A DNA stretch of 64,000 nucleotides, taken from positions 29,302-93,301 of the forward strand of contig JBGTHM010000097.1 in NCBI GenBank assembly GCA_041746255.1, given 5' to 3'. Positions 58,269 to 64,000 of the stretch are shown piece after piece. The position numbers were made by a program, and so were the translations under genes. The DNA is from Fibrobacteria bacterium. Its GTDB lineage: Bacteria > Fibrobacterota > Fibrobacteria > UBA11236. The notes under the pieces were generated by a model. That model ran no database searches. It was not told the DNA's origin and saw only the letters and a program-made list of their open reading frames with translations. Numbering within the stretch: position 1 is the first letter of the stretch; the number at the start of each line of letters is the position of its first letter.

Positions 58269-58488
58269 TCCCTCTTTTCCATTGGATTGCATTCCGCTAA
58301 ATAAATTTTGGGGAATGCAGCCATCCCACTCCCTTCGGCAAAATTTTCCCCCAAATCCTCCGTTTCCCGTTCAGGGAAGGTGTTCGGTTATTTAAACGAT
58401 TTTTCTCCCTGCGGGAAAGAAATTAGCAATGCTGCGAGATCGGCCAGCATATTATTATCTGCATGAAAAATTGAAACCGGGGGATCCA

Positions 58489-59994
58489 ATGGTTTTTCGA
58501 AAATACCCATTTTCGCTTAGCGTAACGGCGATAATTTTCCTATCCGCGCTCCCTTCAATGGCCCAAACCCCGCCTCCGCTTTTCCGTGAGATCGCGCCGC
58601 CTGCCCTGGCCAAAATCGCTTCCGCTGAATTTGCAAAGCGGGAAAGCTATGTCGCCATCGATTGGCGCTCCTTGTACAACCCGGTTTCTAAAACCCAGGG
58701 TCAGAACTCGCCGGAGGCCATTGCGAAACTTCTCAATCTCAACCTTCTCCCAGACGCGCGCTTCGTCGCCGAGCGCACCCGCTTAACCTGGTATAGCGCC
58801 GACCGCTTCACCTGGGTGGGACGCATCGGCCAGGACGTTGTGGTCTTGGCGGTGAACAAAGAAGCCATACATGGAAGCATCCAAGTCGGGGAGCGAGTTT
58901 TTGAAATCGAAAGCCTGGCTGGAGGATCCCACCGAATCTTGGAAATGGATCAAGATCGCTACCTTCAAGACGAACTCGACAATCCCGAGGCTTGCGGGGA
59001 TCAGGAGGCCGCCGCCGAAGATCTGGGCGGGTTTTTAGACGATGCCCCCCCTGCCTCCGATAAGGAAAACATCGTAATTGATGTGATGGTGGTCTATGAA
59101 AAGGCCGCCGCCGACAAGATCAGTAACATGGACGTTTATGTCGCAAATCTTATCGAGCTTTCCAACGAGATTTACAAAAACAGCGATATCCCGCAAACCG
59201 TTCGCCTGGTCCATCACCAACTCGTCAACTCGGGCATTAATGGCAGGGGAAATCTGTCCTGGCTGGGAAAGGATGAGGAAATCAAGCGCCTACGGGACAA
59301 ATACGGCGCCGATCTGGTGGCCATGATTCTCGAAACCCATGATGCCTGCGGCACAGCCGGCGGAGGCGGTACAAGTATAACGAAGCGTTCATGCGCGGTG
59401 GGAAACAAAACCTTCACCCATGAATTGGGCCACAATATGGGGGCCAAGCACGCCTGGGAGCAATTCAATAATCCATCCGGATACAACTATGGCTATATTA
59501 ATCACACGAAAAGCTGGCGTACCGTGATGTCTTATGCCAAATGCGATAATGGCGGCCGCTGCACCCGCCTGGGATACTTCTCTAATCCGGACGTCAAATA
59601 CAACGGCGACCCTACAGGTATCAAGGATTCCCGGGACAATGCCCGCATGATCCGATCCCGCTCTCTGGCCATCAGCAAATACCGGGATTCCAAGATCGAT
59701 ATTCCCGTGGCCGTGCATATCGAGGACGGTCCCAGACTCACTTCGGGCTATGCGTTTCGAGGTCTGTCCCCTACCTCTGCAGAATTCAGTCTCGCCAAGG
59801 ACCAAAACCTGGAGATCTTCCTGGTCTCCCTAAACGGCAGGAAGACCCCGATCGCCAGTCGCCACTTCACCGCCGGCGAGGTCCGGGTGGAATGGAACCA
59901 CGAGTCGCTCGCGCCCGGCCTCCATTTCCTGAACATCCGTGGAGAAAAGGACTTTTCAGTAAGCAAGATCCCCATGATGAATCCCGCCTACTAG
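58489..59994 (+). CDS. Secreted M12B/reprolysin-like metzincin with a C-terminal sorting-type domain
   Basis: Signal peptide and prodomain; HELGHNMGAKH, Met-turn RTVMSY, FSNP. Confidence 0.9.
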   Translation: MVFRKYPFSLSVTAIIFLSALPSMAQTPPPLFREIAPPALAKIASAEFAKRESYVAIDWRSLYNPVSKTQGQNSPEAIAKLLNLNLLPDARFVAERTRLTWYSADRFTWVGRIGQDVVVLAVNKEAIHGSIQVGERVFEIESLAGGSHRILEMDQDRYLQDELDNPEACGDQEAAAEDLGGFLDDAPPASDKENIVIDVMVVYEKAAADKISNMDVYVANLIELSNEIYKNSDIPQTVRLVHHQLVNSGINGRGNLSWLGKDEEIKRLRDKYGADLVAMILETHDACGTAGGGGTSITKRSCAVGNKTFTHELGHNMGAKHAWEQFNNPSGYNYGYINHTKSWRTVMSYAKCDNGGRCTRLGYFSNPDVKYNGDPTGIKDSRDNARMIRSRSLAISKYRDSKIDIPVAVHIEDGPRLTSGYAFRGLSPTSAEFSLAKDQNLEIFLVSLNGRKTPIASRHFTAGEVRVEWNHESLAPGLHFLNIRGEKDFSVSKIPMMNPAY

Positions 59995-60737
59995 GCTTAT
60001 GCCCTGTCGAAAAATAACTTTGAGGAATTCAACTTTTTGTCGCCTGTAATCAAATCACAACGAGTCTCGCCATTTTCAACCCGGTCATTTTTCCGGATGC
60101 CGATCCATCACCCGGTACGATTGATTTTCCAACTCCAGCGCTTTGCATTACTGAGTCTTACATCCCGGGTAAAGTCATAAGTTACTTTCGTATCGTTTAT
60201 CTAATGCTAAAACTTGAATCTGATTTTCACCAATGGGAACCTTGAGGCTACCGTAACGCCGCGAAAAATAAGGACTCATGGGAAGCGGAGGATAGCAGGT
60301 GAAATGCAAGAGATCCTGAAACAGATACGAGCTACGAAAAAGCAATTCGCGCCCGACGCAGAAGACTGAATAAAATACCAAATACCTGCCGTTATAGACA
60401 CTAGTGTCTGAAACTCGGTTTTGTGATTCCCGCCAAAAACGCCGTATGGCACCGTACCAATATGCTATAAGAAGTAACGAATTGCGGTTTTTTGCCAGTC
60501 GATGCGGAAAAAGTTTTAAAAACCCGCCGAATTCCTTTCACTCTCGTTGGAATTCATGTGAAATATACAGCCGAAATGGGAAAAGGAGCTTATCCTAATT
60601 TGTCCGGAGATTGTCCAATCCCGGCCTATAATATTCGGTGAGCGGACCCCACTTCAAAGTCGGGGTTCCTTTAAGTCACCTTTTAAAATTGCTATTTTTT
60701 CGGCTCGAAATCCACTTTCTTTTATAAAGGAATCAAC

Positions 60738-61772
60738 ATGGCAAACGCTTTCCCAAAATTACACAATGCAGCATGGCCCGGATTAGTTGGTAAAGGTGGC
60801 AAGGAACCCGGGGCTGATCCGATTATTTCCCAAGACAAAATGATGGAATTGACCGCCAAGGCCGAAGTGAATGGCGTCAAATTCGATGGTATGGATTTGT
60901 TTTTGGCCGCTCCCCATGTTGATTTGGAATCCAGTGATGACGATCTTAAAAAATTGGCGGACAAGTTCGCGTCGAAAAATCTGGCTATCGGTTCACTCGT
61001 TGCTCCCATTTGGGGCGGCGGCGGCGCATTCGGTACCGATGAGGACCGGAAAAATTATTTGGACGTCATTAAAAAATCCTGCGCCATCGGTAAAAAATTA
61101 AAAGAAATCGGAATCCGTAAGTATGGAATCATCCGTATCGACACCGCCAATAACCCGGCAAACTTCGCCAAAGATCCCGTGGGCAACCAAAAAAGGAATA
61201 TCGAGACGATTAAAGAAGCCGCAAAAATAGCCGAAAGTTTTGGCGAAAAACTGGCCATCGAAGGCGAAATCTGCTGGGGTGGAATGCATGGCTGGCGTTC
61301 GCTGCTCGAGTTGCTGGAAGGCGTGAACATGAAAAATACCGTCGGTATCCAAGCCGATATGGCGCACACCTTGTTGTTCATGCTGGGTTATAATGCGGAA
61401 GAAGACGCGCTGGTTCCCAAGGATTTCAATTGGGAAAAGTCAGCCTACGACAAGGGTTATAAGGAACTCACAAACAAACTGAGACCTTGGGTGAAAGACT
61501 TCCATGTCGCTCAAAACGACGCCACCGTATTCGGTTCCGGTTCGCACGACAAAACCGGCCGTCACTGCCTGGCGGATGACAAGAACGGCAAGTTGGACAT
61601 CCCCTACCACGCGGGTTTTTGGCTGCGTGATGAAGCTGGTAACCATATCGACATCAAGCATATGTGTTGGGACGGCTGCATGTTCCCCAACAGCGTGATG
61701 GAACTGGAAAGCACCTGGAACAACATTCTCGGAGCTATGTTGAAAATCCGCGAGAAACACGGCTGGAATTAA
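60738..61772 (+). CDS. Xylose-isomerase-like TIM-barrel sugar isomerase/epimerase
   Basis: AAGGA RBS; EGEICWGGMH, ADMAH, DFHVAQNDA, WDGCMF metal-ligand motifs. Confidence 0.85.
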   Translation: MANAFPKLHNAAWPGLVGKGGKEPGADPIISQDKMMELTAKAEVNGVKFDGMDLFLAAPHVDLESSDDDLKKLADKFASKNLAIGSLVAPIWGGGGAFGTDEDRKNYLDVIKKSCAIGKKLKEIGIRKYGIIRIDTANNPANFAKDPVGNQKRNIETIKEAAKIAESFGEKLAIEGEICWGGMHGWRSLLELLEGVNMKNTVGIQADMAHTLLFMLGYNAEEDALVPKDFNWEKSAYDKGYKELTNKLRPWVKDFHVAQNDATVFGSGSHDKTGRHCLADDKNGKLDIPYHAGFWLRDEAGNHIDIKHMCWDGCMFPNSVMELESTWNNILGAMLKIREKHGWN

Positions 61773-61796
61773 AAAAATCCGTCAAAGTTCAATACT

Positions 61797-61823
61797 GAGA
61801 CCGTCTTTACGGTCTCTTTTTTT
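61797..61823 (+). terminator. Rho-independent terminator
   Basis: GAGACCGT-CTTT-ACGGTCTC followed by T7. Confidence 0.9.
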
Positions 61824-61869
61824 GCCCGTTCTGAATGCGGAATGGAAATAAACCTACGAGGACAAGTTA

Positions 61870-62289
61870 ATGCGTTCTTCTAAAAGTATTACCGTTAATG
61901 CAAGCATCGAGAAGGTATGGAAAATCCTTTCCACTATTGAGCAGTGGCCTCAGTGGCAAAAGGCTGTTTCAAAAGCAACCGCGCCATCCGAACTCAAAGT
62001 AGGAGCCGTGTTTCATTGGACTTCGGGAGGAATGCCGATCGAATCCACCGTCGAAGAGATTGAGGCGCCCAATAAAATTGTGTGGACGGGAAAAACACTT
62101 GGAACTAAGGCGTGGCACACTTGGTTGCTAACGGCGAACGGCGGATCAACCACCGTAGAAACATCCGAAACTATGGAAGGGTGGCTTGTCTCGCTTCTCG
62201 GATTTTTCGACAAAAATTTTCTGGATAAGGCATTAACTGCAGCGTTAAATGACCTGAAGGTAGCGGCAGGACATATCCCGGTTATATAA
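61870..62289 (+). CDS. SRPBCC (polyketide cyclase/START-like) protein
   Basis: SITVNASIEKVWKIL...WPQW; C-terminal helix. Confidence 0.88.
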   Translation: MRSSKSITVNASIEKVWKILSTIEQWPQWQKAVSKATAPSELKVGAVFHWTSGGMPIESTVEEIEAPNKIVWTGKTLGTKAWHTWLLTANGGSTTVETSETMEGWLVSLLGFFDKNFLDKALTAALNDLKVAAGHIPVI

Positions 62290-62311
62290 TCTATTTCCCG
62301 ATCCTCTGGTC

Positions 62312-63418
62312 TCAATAAAATGCGTGTGCCTGCAGCCTAAGCTCATTTTGGTTGTCTAGAACTTTGGCCGGAACGGATTGGCGGAAATGGTAATAAGCGC
62401 CAACCTGCAGGAACTGGACGGGGAAAATCTCGAAACCGGAGACTACCCGGCTTTGACCATTACGCCTGAAGGCAAATTGTGTGTCCGGATTAAGCCAGTC
62501 CAGTCCCAGCCTGAGATTCACACCCTTTGATGCCATCCAATCGATTTCCAGCAAACCGAATTGTTGCCACATCCCGCCACCGTTTCCAGGAGTTCTTTTT
62601 GCGTCCAGTTCTCCCAGCAATGCGAATTTTCCAAGGCCGATTCCTCCGAAAATCCCGAACCCGTACACCTGGTCGCTGTCTCCCCATGCTAAAACCCTGT
62701 GAGGACCCTCATGCATGCGATAACCCGAGACGCCCATTCTTAACGAATTCACATAAGGAATGCCGTTCCACAGTAAATATGCCAGGGCCGAGGCCTGGAA
62801 TTCCGCTAGACTGACGACCGTCGCAAAGGGTCCAATCGGTTCCCAACCGGCTTCCACACCCACTCTCGGGGTCGCATAGGTGAATTGGGTGACAAGACGG
62901 GTAAATGTCGCGTCGTCATACACTCTCCAACCATAGGGCTGCAACATTTTACCAGCCTTGAGATAGCCGTTAATTTTGGGGGCCTTGGCGAAAAGGAACG
63001 CCTCCCGGGACTCGACCGACGGCGCGACTCGCTGATCTAGATAAAGCGAGAAATATTTTCGGATCAATTCCAAATCGACGTAAATATTCCCTTCGGGCAT
63101 ACCAAACCCGGAGGATGAGGGCTCTGACCTTTCGGCAAAGCGGGTTATGCTTTCGAACCGGACATTCGCCCCGGTCTTGATACCCGCAGCAAGCTCCCTT
63201 TGGAAGGTGTCATCGGAAACGACTTTTCGGGGAAGCAGGTGTCGGGAGTAAATATATCCGTAATCGTTACGCATGCCTCCCCCGGTAGGGCTGACATGAC
63301 ATTGAGAGCACTTGAATCCATTCTGTACGGCCAAAAAAGGCTCTGCGTCCGCCAAAAGCGGAAACCCCAACACCCAAAATGCGATTCTCCAATGCGGTAT
63401 AGGGTTGCGCAGCTTCAT
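62312..63418 (-). CDS. Monoheme cytochrome c-outer-membrane beta-barrel fusion
   Basis: Signal peptide, PFLAVQNGFKCSQCH, amphipathic strands, terminal LQAHAFY. Confidence 0.75.
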   Translation of the reverse strand: MKLRNPIPHWRIAFWVLGFPLLADAEPFLAVQNGFKCSQCHVSPTGGGMRNDYGYIYSRHLLPRKVVSDDTFQRELAAGIKTGANVRFESITRFAERSEPSSSGFGMPEGNIYVDLELIRKYFSLYLDQRVAPSVESREAFLFAKAPKINGYLKAGKMLQPYGWRVYDDATFTRLVTQFTYATPRVGVEAGWEPIGPFATVVSLAEFQASALAYLLWNGIPYVNSLRMGVSGYRMHEGPHRVLAWGDSDQVYGFGIFGGIGLGKFALLGELDAKRTPGNGGGMWQQFGLLEIDWMASKGVNLRLGLDWLNPDTQFAFRRNGQSRVVSGFEIFPVQFLQVGAYYHFRQSVPAKVLDNQNELRLQAHAFY

Positions 63419-63426
63419 CGCAACCT

Positions 63427-63861
63427 CTATTCCACCATGGCTTCTATCCAGCTTTTAATCAAATCGATTCTTGCCTGCAACAGCGGCGGCTGATCCAGAG
63501 GCATACGCTCCCCTGCAATTCCGTCACGGCCTTCGATTTTCCAGACGAGATAACTGTTTTCAGGATCACCGGGCACGATTCTTATCCTGTCCGAATTCCC
63601 CGAGCTGGGCTGATTGATTGTGGAAGCCAGCACAAATGAAGCCTGCAGGCTCATGCCACTGATATGCCCTTGAATGTGACATTGGGTACATATGGGAGTG
63701 AAAATTTCACTTTGTACCTGTCTTCCCAATTGTATGGCCGGATCCGGAAATTGTTCGGCTCCCACCTGAATCCCCTGATCCCTGTTTTTCTCGTCGCTCC
63801 CATCACCGGACAAGCAGGATCCCAACAACGCCGCAGAAATGCTCAGCCCCGCCGCAACCGC
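63427..63861 (-). CDS. Monoheme cytochrome c lipoprotein, 5' end apparently cut off
   Basis: AVAAGLSISAALLGS-C lipobox with no in-frame ATG; CTQCH, IVPGDPENSYL, RMP, IKSWI. Confidence 0.72.
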   Translation of the reverse strand, partial: AVAAGLSISAALLGSCLSGDGSDEKNRDQGIQVGAEQFPDPAIQLGRQVQSEIFTPICTQCHIQGHISGMSLQASFVLASTINQPSSGNSDRIRIVPGDPENSYLVWKIEGRDGIAGERMPLDQPPLLQARIDLIKSWIEAMVE

Positions 63862-64000
63862 TGCAAAATCCGGTTCATGGTGACCGGCTAATCCGATTCA
63901 AAGTGACCGGCCGATCCGGTTCAAGATGACCGGTTCGGACGATTGACCCGAGGGTGAAAATCCGGTTCAAAGTGACCGGTTTTCGTCCTTCTCAATCCAG
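63862..64000. mobile_element. Terminus of an IS21-family-like insertion sequence (continues past the window)
   Basis: Starts with TG, then four 20-bp repeats of consensus ATCCGGTTCAAAGTGACCGG at 63868, 63891, 63914 and 63960 (spacing 23/23/46). Confidence 0.75.

Noticed and set aside
60214..60369. About 51-codon plus-strand ORF ending MQEILKQIRATKKQFAPDAED
   Set aside because: Weak TTG start, no clear RBS and no motif; cannot be supported as a gene.
63868..63979. Four near-identical 20-bp repeats as a CRISPR array
   Set aside because: Spacers are 3, 3 and 26 bp, the repeats are degenerate and no cas genes are present. The pattern fits IS21-type terminal repeats.

Overview
Bacterial DNA, most likely phylum Fibrobacterota: it has two TIGR02147/DUF4423-like regulators and many secreted proteins with short C-terminal sorting-type tails. 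Bases ~1-25.5 kb form a polysaccharide-utilisation island: a PL8 lyase, two PL14-like lyases, a beta-helix protein, CBM11/CIA30-like proteins, an unknown outer-membrane barrel, a Na+/solute symporter, a cytoplasmic GH3-DUF2264(GH154)-HAD-EamA-DUF1080-like operon and a tandem-wHTH GntR/LacI regulator. No SusC/SusD pair is present. Each end of the island carries a translationally coupled TIGR02147 + surface-lipoprotein pair. The rest is mostly housekeeping or accessory: a glycosyltransferase trio, a class A PBP, a toxin-less HigA-like regulator with a perfect 20-bp operator, MqnC-like radical SAM, folD-ispA-dxs-trmH, DAHP synthase, DEAD-box helicase, AlkD, DsbA, metalloproteases and a sugar isomerase. 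At the right edge a Cyc2-like cytochrome-porin/cytochrome c pair abuts an IS21-family-like terminus. No rRNA, tRNA or CRISPR array was recognised. All family calls come from reading motifs by eye, with no database searches.
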